Translations under genes and position numbers: made by a program
Part shown: piece by piece, positions 24,541-35,110 of the stretch
Layout of the letters: each line of letters starts with the position of its first letter
How positions within the stretch are numbered: position 1 is the stretch's first letter
UHGV virus genome: UHGV-1354519
DNA: 41,558 bases
Strand: one strand, 5' to 3'
Source of the DNA: a virus
The notes under the pieces: model-generated
The model's database searches: none
What the model was told of the DNA's origin: nothing
The model's input: the letters and a program-made list of their open reading frames with translations, nothing else

Positions 24541-25131
24541 TTATTGCACGATTACCTCTCCATAACACTCATACGTAACAGGATTGTTATATTCTTCTGC
24601 AGACAATGTAACGTTTCTGTTTGTTCTGAATTGTATATTTCCCGTTCCTACAATTTGCTGTGCAACATTCATTAACATCACTAACCTTTGGTCTCCATCT
24701 GGAGTAAATGGGCATCCACTCATAATTAGTCTGTCTTTGTTATCGTGCGATCCATTTTTGTCTGTATAAATCACTCTTACCTGATACCGTTTGTATCCGC
24801 TTTTCCGATATTTTAGTTCCCAGTTATTTTCGTTATAAATCTTCCATTCCGTCTCTACACTCATGTCTTCGCTTAACTCTCGGCCCATATTTGCACTCAG
24901 TGGTGCATCACCTGCCTGTGACGTCAAATTATCCACAATATCTTTTTTCTCTACAAAGGATGATAATGCACTCTTTATTTCATTTATTGCATACACTAAA
25001 TTCTCTTTCGATGCTGTCGCAAGGTTTCCTAAGTTTCCAATGCTTTTCTTAACATTCTTTAACTGTTCATTCAGATTTCCAATGTATTTGCTGTAAAAAT
25101 GCTGCAATCCTGTCCAACTTAAATATTTCAT
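24541..25131 (-). CDS. fibre-module protein (shares the N-terminal KYLSWTGLQHF motif)
   Basis: 196 aa. See the fibre-module finding. Confidence 0.4.
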   Translation of the reverse strand: MKYLSWTGLQHFYSKYIGNLNEQLKNVKKSIGNLGNLATASKENLVYAINEIKSALSSFVEKKDIVDNLTSQAGDAPLSANMGRELSEDMSVETEWKIYNENNWELKYRKSGYKRYQVRVIYTDKNGSHDNKDRLIMSGCPFTPDGDQRLVMLMNVAQQIVGTGNIQFRTNRNVTLSAEEYNNPVTYECYGEVIVQ

Positions 25132-25145
25132 TTAACCACCCCACT

Positions 25146-25877
25146 TTACATGGTAAACAACGAATCTATCTCTTCGTTTGTAATACTTTCCACGTTTGCA
25201 TCCGAGCCTGCCGGACCCTGTGGTCCCATTGGTCCAATGTCCCCTTTCTCACCCTTTAATCCCTGAGGTCCTTGTGGTCCCGTTTCTCCCTTTTCGCCTT
25301 TTGCTCCTGCAGGTCCTTGAATCCCCTGTTCACCTTTTGCTCCTGCCGGTCCTGCTGGTCCAGCAGCCCCCTGCAATCCCTGAGGTCCCTGTGGACCTGT
25401 CATACCGGTGGCTCCTGATAAGTCTGTGATGTATGTGTAAGATGACGCACCTTTAACATATAACTTGGCGTTGTCAGCATCCTCTACATTTCCTGTGTCA
25501 ATCATGACAAACTGCCCAGTCTTTACTCCATCTGTCGCAAACCCTTTGTTCATCGCATCAACGGAAGCAAATGTCTTAGCGATTTTAAACGCTTCCCCAG
25601 CCGGACCTTGTGGCCCCTGCAATCCCTGAGGTCCCTGTGCACCCGCAGCTCCTGCCGGTCCTGCTGGTCCCTGTGCTCCAGCTGCGCCGGTTTCTCCTCT
25701 GTCTCCTTTATCTCCCTTAAATTCTCCACTTTTAATTGCTTCATCCAGCGATTTTCCCTTATACGTAACATCAGTAGAAACTACTTTGTCAGTTTTCTTT
25801 CGAAATGCACCATTTGCCCATTCCTGCATTTTCTCTTTAAATGTTCCAAGTCCTGTTAAATCTAAAAATTTTGCCAT
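25146..25877 (-). CDS. collagen-like (G-X-Y) tail fibre protein
   Basis: Two G-X-Y tracts (GDKGDRGETGAAGAQGPAGPAG... and GPQGPQGLQGAAGPAGPAGAKGEQG...). Confidence 0.7.
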   Translation of the reverse strand: MAKFLDLTGLGTFKEKMQEWANGAFRKKTDKVVSTDVTYKGKSLDEAIKSGEFKGDKGDRGETGAAGAQGPAGPAGAAGAQGPQGLQGPQGPAGEAFKIAKTFASVDAMNKGFATDGVKTGQFVMIDTGNVEDADNAKLYVKGASSYTYITDLSGATGMTGPQGPQGLQGAAGPAGPAGAKGEQGIQGPAGAKGEKGETGPQGPQGLKGEKGDIGPMGPQGPAGSDANVESITNEEIDSLFTM

Positions 25878-25897
25878 GTTCTTCTCTCTCCTTTTCT

Positions 25898-26092
25898 TTA
25901 AAACAATCCATTGATCTCATCTTCTGTGATGATCTCGTTTCCGGTGCCTGCCTCCAGTTCACCGATTTTCTGCTCTACAGTTTTTCCTTCCGCAAGCTGC
26001 ACGCTTTCCGCCATGCACAGCGGATAATTTCCATTATTCTTTGTGGATAAGGTGTTGACGATTACAACACCACCTTCAATGCTCTGTGCCAT
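25898..26092 (-). CDS. small fibre-module protein with the shared C-terminal motif
   Basis: 64 aa, ending IITEDEINGLF. Confidence 0.4.
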   Translation of the reverse strand: MAQSIEGGVVIVNTLSTKNNGNYPLCMAESVQLAEGKTVEQKIGELEAGTGNEIITEDEINGLF

Positions 26093-26105
26093 CTTTCAAG
26101 CCTCC

Positions 26106-26876
26106 TTATTTTACTGTGACTGCTGTAGACCCCAGTCCTGCGTTTACAGACATCCATACGTCATAGCTCTGCTTATATCCGGATGCGTTGGTAAACTCCA
26201 ATGTCTGCGCTTTTGTAAATCCGCCGTCAAATCCACCGACATTAAAAGTCGGAGTTCCAAATGATGTAGGGATTGCATACACGATCTTCTCACCTGCTCC
26301 GGCATTTACTGTAAAACTGCGTCCTCTGCCGCCTGCAAGCGCAGAACCCTCTAACGCAAGGATATCCGCATTTGCGAGTGATGCTTTGTTAGTCTTGCCC
26401 CAGTATACTTTTGGCTGGAATGCGATTGTCACGGTTCTGGATACAGACGCATCTCTTTCATCTGTAACAGTAAGAACGATATTCGTATTTGCTTTCACTG
26501 TCTTTCCTGTGTATGATTTCTTACGGATGCTCTTATCCAGATTTTCGGCAGCTTCGCTTGCAAACTGGATTTTCTGGGTCTTAGGTTCTTTATTTAACGC
26601 CCATGCAATATCAGATGCAGTAACTGTCGCACCGATTTCGTTGCTGCTGTTCGTGGCAGTCAGACTGTTGATTGCAATCTTGGTGTACGCCAGGTCATCG
26701 ATTTTTTTCTTGTACTCATCCGAAAAATCATTGCTGGATAAACCTTTTCCCACCTCCTTCTTTACGTATCTCTCATCATTCTTCTGTACCAGGTGTGCAA
26801 GTCCATCCTGATCCAGGTACTTCTTTTCTGCAGCGATCACTGCTGCTTCTGTTGCTTTTTTTCTTGGCATTTTCAC
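26106..26876 (-). CDS. tail fibre protein
   Basis: The N-terminal KKYLDQDGLAHL...GKGLSSNDFSDEYKKKIDDLA is a motif typical of phage fibre N-termini. Confidence 0.5.
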   Translation of the reverse strand: MKMPRKKATEAAVIAAEKKYLDQDGLAHLVQKNDERYVKKEVGKGLSSNDFSDEYKKKIDDLAYTKIAINSLTATNSSNEIGATVTASDIAWALNKEPKTQKIQFASEAAENLDKSIRKKSYTGKTVKANTNIVLTVTDERDASVSRTVTIAFQPKVYWGKTNKASLANADILALEGSALAGGRGRSFTVNAGAGEKIVYAIPTSFGTPTFNVGGFDGGFTKAQTLEFTNASGYKQSYDVWMSVNAGLGSTAVTVK

Positions 26877-27412
26877 TCTGCTCCTTTCATAATCTCGTCA
26901 ATCTCCGAATTGGTGATCGACTCTATCTCCACAGTCCCGCCGCTGTTTGACAGATTTACGGAACTGATTGTATCCTTACCAGACAAAAGCTGCAGTTGAT
27001 TCCCCTCTAACTGCAGCCCGTCTCCTTTTTGCTTTAACCGCTCCACGATCTGTTCCAGTGCATGTTTATCCGCTGGGGCCTCATAATCTTCTGGCTTTTT
27101 TCGTGCTTTTACACTTAACCGAATTTCAAATATGGTCTTTCCTTCTCCCGGAATAGTCTTATATACATATGCCTGGATTGTTCCACTTCTTTTCAGTAAT
27201 TCATTTGGAATGTCGACTGTGATGTCACCGTCTTCCACTTTCCCAAGTACCACCAATGCACCATTCGTACATTTGTCAGTGAAATGTACTTGTATTTGTT
27301 CTTCTTCTACTTCCATTCCGCAGATCTGTAAAACCTGTCCGTAATCCCATTGTGTAAGTTTTCCATCGATATCCACACGCCTGGAACATTCATCAAATAC
27401 TGCAATTATCAT
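26873..27412 (-). CDS. baseplate upper-protein-like (BppU-N-like) protein
   Basis: 179 aa. The N-terminus is paralogous to that of 27415..28512. It has the C-terminal ESITNSEIDEIM motif. Confidence 0.4.
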   Translation of the reverse strand: MIIAVFDECSRRVDIDGKLTQWDYGQVLQICGMEVEEEQIQVHFTDKCTNGALVVLGKVEDGDITVDIPNELLKRSGTIQAYVYKTIPGEGKTIFEIRLSVKARKKPEDYEAPADKHALEQIVERLKQKGDGLQLEGNQLQLLSGKDTISSVNLSNSGGTVEIESITNSEIDEIMKGAE

Positions 27413-27414
27413 TC

Positions 27415-28512
27415 TTATGCGCCTCCTCCAAGCGAATCGATATCCGAATTCGGAATCCCCTCTATCCCTGTTACTTCTCCGGAATCACCCCGGGGAATTT
27501 CGAAATCAAATACCGCCTCTGTTTCTGTACCCGAATTTTCAACAGACGCCTCTGTTCCTGCCTCCCCGGTCGTAGTAGTTCCGATCCGTATTGTTGCTGC
27601 TTTTCCTGCCGGTCCTTCCGGACCCTGAATACGTCCTACATTTTTCCACTGGCCAGATACGTTGTCCCATACATATAGATTTCCATCTACCAGATAGGAT
27701 TCACCCGCATTTCCTGTTGGATGTTCTCTGTTCAATTCCTCTTCTGTTTTATAGGAGCCCAGTATAGTAACACCCGTTCCATCTTTCCCAGGCTCCCCCT
27801 GAATCCCCTTTTCTCCTCTTGGACCAGGATCTCCTTTCTCTCCTTTAGCCCCTGTTGCACCGGATAAATCTACCATGTACTCATATCCAGTTGCGCCCTT
27901 TCTATAAACCTTGGCATTATCTGCATCATCCGGGTTACCGGTACTTATCATCACAATCGCATTTTCCGGAAGACCATCGGTTTCAAATCCTGCATTCATC
28001 TGTCCTACAGAGGCATAAATCTTTTGCACGTTTAAAGCAATGCTTCCACTTTCTATGGTTCCTGACTGCAGAGAATCAATTTCAATCGTTGTAATTTCAA
28101 TCGGATCATACTTCTCCAAACGATTTAGTATATCTACGAGCGCCTGATATTCATTAGTTGACTGTATTTCGGATACAGCCACTAAGTTTTCTCTGACCTC
28201 CATCTTCACTTTGAATGATGTGACAGCATTGCTACCATCAATCAAATGTAGCTGGCATTCCGTATTTCCCACTTCTGCAACCATTTGCGGCGTCAAACTG
28301 AACAGGACGCAATAATTGCTTATCACGGTTCCTTCTGTGTAAGTTTCTGATCCGCTTGGTTTCTTACAATAAATCCTGGCCTTACTGATTGTCTTTGCCA
28401 TTCCGGAAATCATACAGCGCAGAAGTCTGCCCGAATCGTACTGTACTGCATAGATTGTTTGCATAATTCCCGGGTTTCTCGCGTCAATGTATAAAGTTGT
28501 CGTTGTTTCCAT
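27415..28512 (-). CDS. BppU-N-like baseplate/receptor-binding protein with a collagen-like G-X-Y segment
   Basis: 365 aa. Contains GAKGEKGDPGPRGEKGIQGEPGKDG and a second tract GPEGPAGKA. Confidence 0.6.
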   Translation of the reverse strand: METTTTLYIDARNPGIMQTIYAVQYDSGRLLRCMISGMAKTISKARIYCKKPSGSETYTEGTVISNYCVLFSLTPQMVAEVGNTECQLHLIDGSNAVTSFKVKMEVRENLVAVSEIQSTNEYQALVDILNRLEKYDPIEITTIEIDSLQSGTIESGSIALNVQKIYASVGQMNAGFETDGLPENAIVMISTGNPDDADNAKVYRKGATGYEYMVDLSGATGAKGEKGDPGPRGEKGIQGEPGKDGTGVTILGSYKTEEELNREHPTGNAGESYLVDGNLYVWDNVSGQWKNVGRIQGPEGPAGKAATIRIGTTTTGEAGTEASVENSGTETEAVFDFEIPRGDSGEVTGIEGIPNSDIDSLGGGA

Positions 28513-28527
28513 ATCACACCTTCTTTC

Positions 28528-29526
28528 TTATCCTGGTATCCACCTAACGAGGTAAACGTCTCCCGGCAACACACCTCCACCGCTTTTGTATCGCAGCACA
28601 CAGTCCCACGGATAGTTATAGTATCCGGTTGTCCAAATTTCCTCTCCTGTCTGATCACCAGTCTGGCCGCCGGTTGTTCCGCCAAATTCATTTTGGCTGG
28701 CCTGCACAACCTGTCCATTTCCAATTCCCATTGCAGTATGGTTTACGATGTTCAGAAGGATATCCCCTCTTTGTACACCGGATCCTGTTGCCAGATTTAT
28801 CTGCCCTGTCACATCCGTAAAACCGCAATTCAAAAATATTTCCCGCATATTGCCGGTGTAGGTTGCCCCATTGCTTTTTACCGGAACCCCGGCATTTTCC
28901 CACGCCTGAATCAATAACGAGGAGCAATCGTAATCCGGTCCCCAGCGGTTTGTCTGATCATATCCGTGGCTATTATCATTTGCAATTTGAATCGCCCAGT
29001 TTACCGCAGCTTCTATTTTTTCAGATCCTCCTGCATATTGACTCAGGTAGTTGTACCAATATCTTGCCTGCTGCCGCCTCTCGGCTTCCACTTCTACGCC
29101 TGCACGTTCAAAGTTTTTCAAAAATGCAGATGCCAGATATTCCGGTGATTCTCCGCTGACCTTAAACTGATCAAACGACAGCGGATATGCATCGGTTGCA
29201 ATCCACTGACCAAAAGAAACTGTAACAGAATCTATCCACGTAAGCTGACCGTTTGGATCCGTAATTCCATATCCGTTCGCACCTGCCCAATTTGTATAAT
29301 TTGTTGCCGGTGTCCACTGTACCAGTCCAAAACCTCCACTATAGTTTCCCTCCTGCAGGCTTTGCCAGATTCCGGGATTGATGTTCGATTCACTTTGCAT
29401 GTTGCCGCATATCCCAGCAATAGCATTCAGCGACCATCCTTTTTGTTCAAAAAAACTTAGTACTTCTCTTGCATTCCCCTGCATCTGCTCTGTGGTCAGA
29501 TAAAAGTTTCCTATCGTCCATGACAT
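28528..29526 (-). CDS. virion-associated lysin: phage tail lysozyme domain plus NlpC/P60-like peptidase
   Basis: The N-terminal GICGNMQSESNINPG...GGFGLVQWT resembles a phage tail lysozyme domain. The C-terminal GPDYDCSSLLIQ...GDILLNIVNHTAMGIG is the same peptidase type as the endolysin N-terminus. Confidence 0.65.
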   Translation of the reverse strand: MSWTIGNFYLTTEQMQGNAREVLSFFEQKGWSLNAIAGICGNMQSESNINPGIWQSLQEGNYSGGFGLVQWTPATNYTNWAGANGYGITDPNGQLTWIDSVTVSFGQWIATDAYPLSFDQFKVSGESPEYLASAFLKNFERAGVEVEAERRQQARYWYNYLSQYAGGSEKIEAAVNWAIQIANDNSHGYDQTNRWGPDYDCSSLLIQAWENAGVPVKSNGATYTGNMREIFLNCGFTDVTGQINLATGSGVQRGDILLNIVNHTAMGIGNGQVVQASQNEFGGTTGGQTGDQTGEEIWTTGYYNYPWDCVLRYKSGGGVLPGDVYLVRWIPG

Positions 29527-31379
29527 CAGAAATCACCTTCTTTCGTGATTCCGCCCACAAGAAATCCTTTTTCAAATCTTAGATTTGTCCCATTCGAAAA
29601 AACTGCAGTTCCAGTCTTTCCATAAACTCCGGGTCCAACGTTTTCCGCATCTAACAGAACCGCATCCTTCGTGATCCTTAGTAAGTTTTTGCTGTCTTCT
29701 TTGTTTCCATCGGTGAATAACAGTGCATTTCCAACATACGTCATACAAAGAACGCCCTCATCCTTTTTGTTTGAAAATGATATTGTTCCGTCCTTTATTG
29801 TCACACGCCGATTATCGCTCAAAGAATCGCAGATATATTTCCCTTCTGCGTAAATTCCATCTTTATCCAGTCTGACTATTTCTTTCCCGCTTGCATCCAG
29901 CACCCTTGCAATGCCACTATTATTGTCAAATCCTCCGATTTCCAATGTTCCACCTCTGATCCGATCAGCCAGCATTGTTCCTGCTGTGATAAAATCAGCA
30001 AAGAATCCCTGTCCTGTTCCAAAGGTGGACCAGTCCCAGTCTCTTCCATCTGCAGTTCTTTTACTGGCAATCTCGAACCCCATTGTACCAAGGCACATTG
30101 CTCCAAACGTTTCCGACTCCGGATTCAAATCTTCAAATAAAACAGCGCGTACTTTCTGTTTTTGTGCGATGTCGGACTGCGCCCGAAACTGTGCTTTCAC
30201 TCCGTTTATGATGCCGTTGACCTGTGCTCCTATCACAGTGCCATCCGGTCGGATTGCACTTTCTATCCGATTTGACATACTTGATACATCCGCAATGAAA
30301 TTATATTGAAAGTCTCCCAACACAACAGATGCAACCTCTTCATTGATGCAATCCCATTCCAGTTCTATGACACGTGCATCTGTTACAATATCCAGTTTGC
30401 TGTGACGACAATGTACCGTGTCTCCGATAGAAACTTCTTCCAGTTCCCGGATATCCGCGTACAATTCCGTATCATGCAGCATAACCATATCAGCGGATAT
30501 CGTAACCTTCGGCTTGTCAATTCCAGCTTCAAACTGTTCCTCGCATTTTTCTTTTAACGCATTGTTCAGTTCTTCCTGTGTATTGCAGATCACGATTCCG
30601 TTCTCTTCGTCATCTTCCGCAGCATCGGCCTTCATCTTCACATCTTCAAATGTGATCACTCCGTATTTTATTGTTGGATATTTATCAATCAGTGGTGAGT
30701 CCACCCACGGTTCATTCCCCTCTATCATGTATCCGTTATATGCCTTTGGTACAATCCTTGTAATGACCTCGCTGGTATCAATCTCTTCCTGCAGCCCGTT
30801 TTCCGCAATATTTTTTCCATATAAAACCTGCACCCCATGATCGATTCCAACTCGGTCATTGACGGTGATCGTATAATTATCAAAAAGAACCTCACCGCCC
30901 CATCTGTTCAGGAAGGAGTTCTCCTCTTCTCCGCAGATTGCTTCGATCAGGTTCTTTGTCTGGTAATATGCTGTTGATATTATTTTGATATTAGATTTTC
31001 CACTGTACTTTTTATTTGGTGCGGTCATGATGTCCAGTGCCTGCTGCCCGTTTTTTTCCGTTGGACGTATATCCAACAGAAAACAATCATCAATCGCATC
31101 CATAAAAACCGGTTCCAGTTCTGCACTCACGCCAGCATCTGATTTTGCTTTCTTTTTGATCCGAAATAACTGTGTTCCATTGAATGACTCCAGTTTTACG
31201 ACTGCGTCCTCTTCTATCCACTTCCAACGGCCCTCTTCATCGATCGGGTGCTGAATCTCCGCTTTCCAACTTCCGTTTAGTATTGCTTTTACAGAAGCGC
31301 TCTCCGGAAGTAATGGCATATCGCCGTTATGTTCATAATCCGTATTTTCTGTTTTATAAAGTTCTATCCTTATAAGCAC
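29526..31379 (-). CDS. tail-associated protein Tal (tail endopeptidase/tip attachment family N-terminus)
   Basis: 617 aa. Positioned after Dit. Confidence 0.65.
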   Translation of the reverse strand: MLIRIELYKTENTDYEHNGDMPLLPESASVKAILNGSWKAEIQHPIDEEGRWKWIEEDAVVKLESFNGTQLFRIKKKAKSDAGVSAELEPVFMDAIDDCFLLDIRPTEKNGQQALDIMTAPNKKYSGKSNIKIISTAYYQTKNLIEAICGEEENSFLNRWGGEVLFDNYTITVNDRVGIDHGVQVLYGKNIAENGLQEEIDTSEVITRIVPKAYNGYMIEGNEPWVDSPLIDKYPTIKYGVITFEDVKMKADAAEDDEENGIVICNTQEELNNALKEKCEEQFEAGIDKPKVTISADMVMLHDTELYADIRELEEVSIGDTVHCRHSKLDIVTDARVIELEWDCINEEVASVVLGDFQYNFIADVSSMSNRIESAIRPDGTVIGAQVNGIINGVKAQFRAQSDIAQKQKVRAVLFEDLNPESETFGAMCLGTMGFEIASKRTADGRDWDWSTFGTGQGFFADFITAGTMLADRIRGGTLEIGGFDNNSGIARVLDASGKEIVRLDKDGIYAEGKYICDSLSDNRRVTIKDGTISFSNKKDEGVLCMTYVGNALLFTDGNKEDSKNLLRITKDAVLLDAENVGPGVYGKTGTAVFSNGTNLRFEKGFLVGGITKEGDF

Positions 31380-32068
31380 CTCCAGTTCGGAATCACTTTC
31401 AGATCAAATCCTCTTGAGATATACACGGTATTCTCTCCCGGTAAAAGATGCAGTTCTGCATAATCTCCATACACAGATGTGTTCATCAATTTTCCATCTT
31501 TTCTGTATGCCATCAGCCTGTCTGTATCAATCACCAGATTCTGGCCAACATTCGCTTTCATTTGACTTCCGTTTACCTGCAGGATGCACTCACCTTCACC
31601 TGTGATCAAATAGACTGGTCTTGATCTGTCATATGGATTGTAAAACACCTCTTCGGGTGTATATTCTGCTTTTCCATCTGTTCGATATCGGTATCCTTCA
31701 CACGTAAATTCTACCTCAAACTCTCCGACCTCTTTTACTTGCCGTTCTGCCGCATTGATCTTAGTATGTTTTACATGATAGAAGTACTCCAGTTCATCGC
31801 TTAAAATCAGTTCTGTATCATCTTTTCTCATAAGCCATCTTCTCGCAGTCCGAAATCGTTCCTGCCATCTTTGAGGATTTTCTGCAAATGTAAAAGGAAC
31901 TGTGATTGTAATGTCGCTCACAGTTCCATCTTCTTTGAATATGCTCCCATCTCTTCCCGGTATGTTCAATTCCGTATAGTTATACTCTGCCGAAGGGATA
32001 GACGGTCTTTCTCGTACAAGTATTCCTATTTCTGTATTTGTATGGCCGTTTCTGATAATTTCATACAT
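31370..32068 (-). CDS. distal tail protein Dit
   Basis: 232 aa. It directly follows the tape measure. Confidence 0.65.
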   Translation of the reverse strand: MYEIIRNGHTNTEIGILVRERPSIPSAEYNYTELNIPGRDGSIFKEDGTVSDITITVPFTFAENPQRWQERFRTARRWLMRKDDTELILSDELEYFYHVKHTKINAAERQVKEVGEFEVEFTCEGYRYRTDGKAEYTPEEVFYNPYDRSRPVYLITGEGECILQVNGSQMKANVGQNLVIDTDRLMAYRKDGKLMNTSVYGDYAELHLLPGENTVYISRGFDLKVIPNWRCL

Positions 32069-35000
32069 TTACCGTCTCCCCTTTCCTCTTTTTGCGTGAT
32101 GTACTTGAGATGTAAATCCTTTTTGGGCTGTTTCTACAATGTAAGAATCAAGCTTTTGATTTCCAATTTGCACACCGACATTATTGTTCAAAACAATGTT
32201 AGTCTGTGTAGCACTTGCCAGAGCCGGAGTTCCTCCGTACATGCTCTCACTCATCGTCTTGGCAACTCTTTTTACCGCATTGGAAACCTTGTACACATTC
32301 TCATTGATTCCTTTTACCATTCCATCGATAAAATCCGGCATCCATGTTTCATAATCTCTCAAAGGACCTTCATCCGGTCTTGAAAAATGCAGGAAAGAAC
32401 GAATCTTGTCTCCAATTCCTCTTACTGCATCTATAATCCCATTTACTCCAGATAAAATTCCTTCTGTTAATCCGTGAATGAAATCAGCACCCCACTCCTT
32501 CGCGTTGTCTATCCACCCGGAAATCGTAGATCCTATTTTGTCAAAAATATTACTTACAATTTGTGGTAGTTCCTGAATTGTATTTTTGATTCCATCACGC
32601 AATGCCTCAAACCCACTGATTGCAGAATTTCTCGCGTTGTCCACCGTAGTTTTTATTGTATTTTGAATATTGTTCCATATATTCGACATGGATTCCTGAA
32701 TATTGCTTCCTATTCTTTCAGCTGTATTTTGTATGCTGTTCCAAATATTTTCTAACTGTGTTTTCAATGCATTCAGCAATGTAGATACAATTTCATTTGT
32801 CATCTCTACTTTGGTTAAGATTACTGTTTTTATCGCATCCCAGAAATTTTCCGTAATGCTTTGAATTGCAGTCCATATATTTGTAAATGCATTTTTGATA
32901 TTGTTCAGAATATTCTCAAGATCGGATTTTAATCTTTCAAAATCTCCGGTCACAAGATCAATCAAAAGAAGAACTGGAGCCAATGTTGCATTTTTGATAA
33001 ATTCCCAAGTATTCTCAGCCAACATTTTTATTCCAGTCCAGATTCCACCTAAATCTTCTTTTAGCCGTTCGAAAGAATCTTTGATAATCGATGTCAATTC
33101 TTTGATAATCGGAATTTCCATGATACTTGTCCATACAGATTCAAACTTTGCCTGTACACTATCCCATATACCACTCCACCATGCCGGTATTCCTTGAAAG
33201 AACGATACCATCTCATTCCATGCATTGGGAATCGTTTCTGTAAAAAATTCTACAATTCCATCCCATGCTGCAAAAAATCCGTCTTTGATTGCCTTTAAAA
33301 TCCCGTTCACACCATCCCGGAACCATTCGCATTTATTGTATAAAGCAACCAATGTCACTATAATTGCCGTTATAGCCGCAATTACAGGATGTGCCGTTAT
33401 TATTCCAAGTAACCCCGTTACTGCCGTTTTAATTCCACCGATCAGATCTGTTACCACTCCTCCAATTCCAGATAATTTCGACAGCGTACCTGCTACCGCA
33501 GATATCCCGAGTGATATCTGGCCGATTACCATCAGTAGTGGTCCTAATGCTGCAACCAGAATTCCGACTACTACAATCACCTGTTGCACGCCTTCCGGTA
33601 GTGCTGAAAATTTATTGACAAGTGCGGTAATAAGTTCTGCTACCTTCTGGACAATTGGTGCCAGTGTATCTCCAATCTGAATCGCTGCGGTTTCCAGAGA
33701 TCCTTTTAATTCCTCGATTGCTCTTGATCCATCACTCATCTGAGAATTTGCCAGCCTTTGTGCTGCCTCCTGATCATTTGCCGCATCGATATATTTTTGA
33801 AGCCCCTCAGTCCCGCTATCCATCATCACAGTAGCAGCACGCATTGCATCGGACCCGAAGATTGCTGATAATGCTGCATCCCTCGAAGCAGCATCCAATC
33901 CGCCCAGTTTGTCTTGCAATTCTTGAGCCATTTCAGCAGCTCCCAGAAGATTTCCACTGGCATCTCTCGTTTTAATGCCCAATGTTTCTATTTTTGTTGC
34001 TGCTGCTTCCGATGTTGGTGCCGCCAGCCTCTGGAGCATGGTTTTTAAAGATGTTCCGGCATCGCTTCCCTCGATTCCGGCATCTGCAAAACGAGCCAAA
34101 ACCGCTGTTGTTTCCTGTATAGACCATCCTGCGTTTTTTGCTCCTGCAGAACACTGTGCCAGTGCCTGTGTGAGAGGTTCTACATCCGTAGAAGATGCAG
34201 CTGCTGCCCCGGCCAAAGCGTTTGCCGCTTCTGCAGACTCATTCGCAGACAGACCAAACGCTCCCATTGCCTGTACAACAACATTTGCTGCCTCTCCAAG
34301 ATCCATCCCGGAAGATGCCGCAAGGTCCATTGTAGTTTTTAATGCCCCTGCTTTAATATCGGCTTCTGTCAAACCACCTTTTGCCAGTTCTGTGATCGCA
34401 TTTCCTGCATCAGTTGCAGAAAAGACTGTATCCTGTCCGGTCTGGATTGCAAGCTGTCTTAGATCTTCCATTTCAGACATGGGCTTATCAAGTGCTCCTG
34501 CCGCCTGACTCATTGCATCGTTGAAATTATTTGCCATAACAGTGGATGCCGCCCCTACACCAGTCAGTGCCCCCGTTACCGGCAGCAAGGATTGTCCCAC
34601 TCCTTTGACCTTATTTCCAAACTCTCCGGATACCGCAGATACTTTTGCCAGATCAGCATTTGCACTTCCTACCTCTTTTCGCAAAGCTTTATAATCATTC
34701 GTTGTTTCAATGATTTCTCTTTGAAGCGCATCCATTCCTTCTGGACTGATCGGATGTCCAAACTCATCATCTACCTGCTTTTTCTGTGTCTTTAATTCTT
34801 TTAATCTGCTGGAAGATTCGTCTATCTCTGTCTGTAACTTTTTATATTCTTCTGTATCGATCTGACCACTTTCTTCCATGGACTTCATGCTCTTTTTGAG
34901 CTTGTCCATTTTTTCGTTGGTCTTTACAATCTCCTCTTGAATCGGAGTATACGCTTCTTTCCAAGCATCATAATTTCCGGCGGTTTTTGCTGCCTGTTCG

Positions 35001-35110
35001 CTTGCCTGTTTTAAAGTTTCCAGCCTGTTTTTCGTTTCACTGATCGACTGCTGCAGCAACTTCTGCTTCTGATTCAGCAATTCCGTATTCGTGGGATCCA
35101 GCTTCAGCAA
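32069..35110 (-). CDS. tape measure protein (N-terminus probably extends upstream to about 35224)
   Basis: 1013 aa from a TTG start. The frame upstream to 35251 encodes the conserved TMP N-terminus ITIEIGGDTSKLEKAL. It has a central hydrophobic segment. Confidence 0.85.
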   Translation of the reverse strand: MLKLDPTNTELLNQKQKLLQQSISETKNRLETLKQASEQAAKTAGNYDAWKEAYTPIQEEIVKTNEKMDKLKKSMKSMEESGQIDTEEYKKLQTEIDESSSRLKELKTQKKQVDDEFGHPISPEGMDALQREIIETTNDYKALRKEVGSANADLAKVSAVSGEFGNKVKGVGQSLLPVTGALTGVGAASTVMANNFNDAMSQAAGALDKPMSEMEDLRQLAIQTGQDTVFSATDAGNAITELAKGGLTEADIKAGALKTTMDLAASSGMDLGEAANVVVQAMGAFGLSANESAEAANALAGAAAASSTDVEPLTQALAQCSAGAKNAGWSIQETTAVLARFADAGIEGSDAGTSLKTMLQRLAAPTSEAAATKIETLGIKTRDASGNLLGAAEMAQELQDKLGGLDAASRDAALSAIFGSDAMRAATVMMDSGTEGLQKYIDAANDQEAAQRLANSQMSDGSRAIEELKGSLETAAIQIGDTLAPIVQKVAELITALVNKFSALPEGVQQVIVVVGILVAALGPLLMVIGQISLGISAVAGTLSKLSGIGGVVTDLIGGIKTAVTGLLGIITAHPVIAAITAIIVTLVALYNKCEWFRDGVNGILKAIKDGFFAAWDGIVEFFTETIPNAWNEMVSFFQGIPAWWSGIWDSVQAKFESVWTSIMEIPIIKELTSIIKDSFERLKEDLGGIWTGIKMLAENTWEFIKNATLAPVLLLIDLVTGDFERLKSDLENILNNIKNAFTNIWTAIQSITENFWDAIKTVILTKVEMTNEIVSTLLNALKTQLENIWNSIQNTAERIGSNIQESMSNIWNNIQNTIKTTVDNARNSAISGFEALRDGIKNTIQELPQIVSNIFDKIGSTISGWIDNAKEWGADFIHGLTEGILSGVNGIIDAVRGIGDKIRSFLHFSRPDEGPLRDYETWMPDFIDGMVKGINENVYKVSNAVKRVAKTMSESMYGGTPALASATQTNIVLNNNVGVQIGNQKLDSYIVETAQKGFTSQVHHAKRGKGRR

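Noticed and set aside
25146-28512. Periodic GGTCC/GGACC-rich nucleotide repeats that could be mistaken for CRISPR-like or tandem repeats
   Set aside because: They are the coding sequence of collagen-like G-X-Y tracts. There are no spacer-repeat units of constant length and no cas genes.
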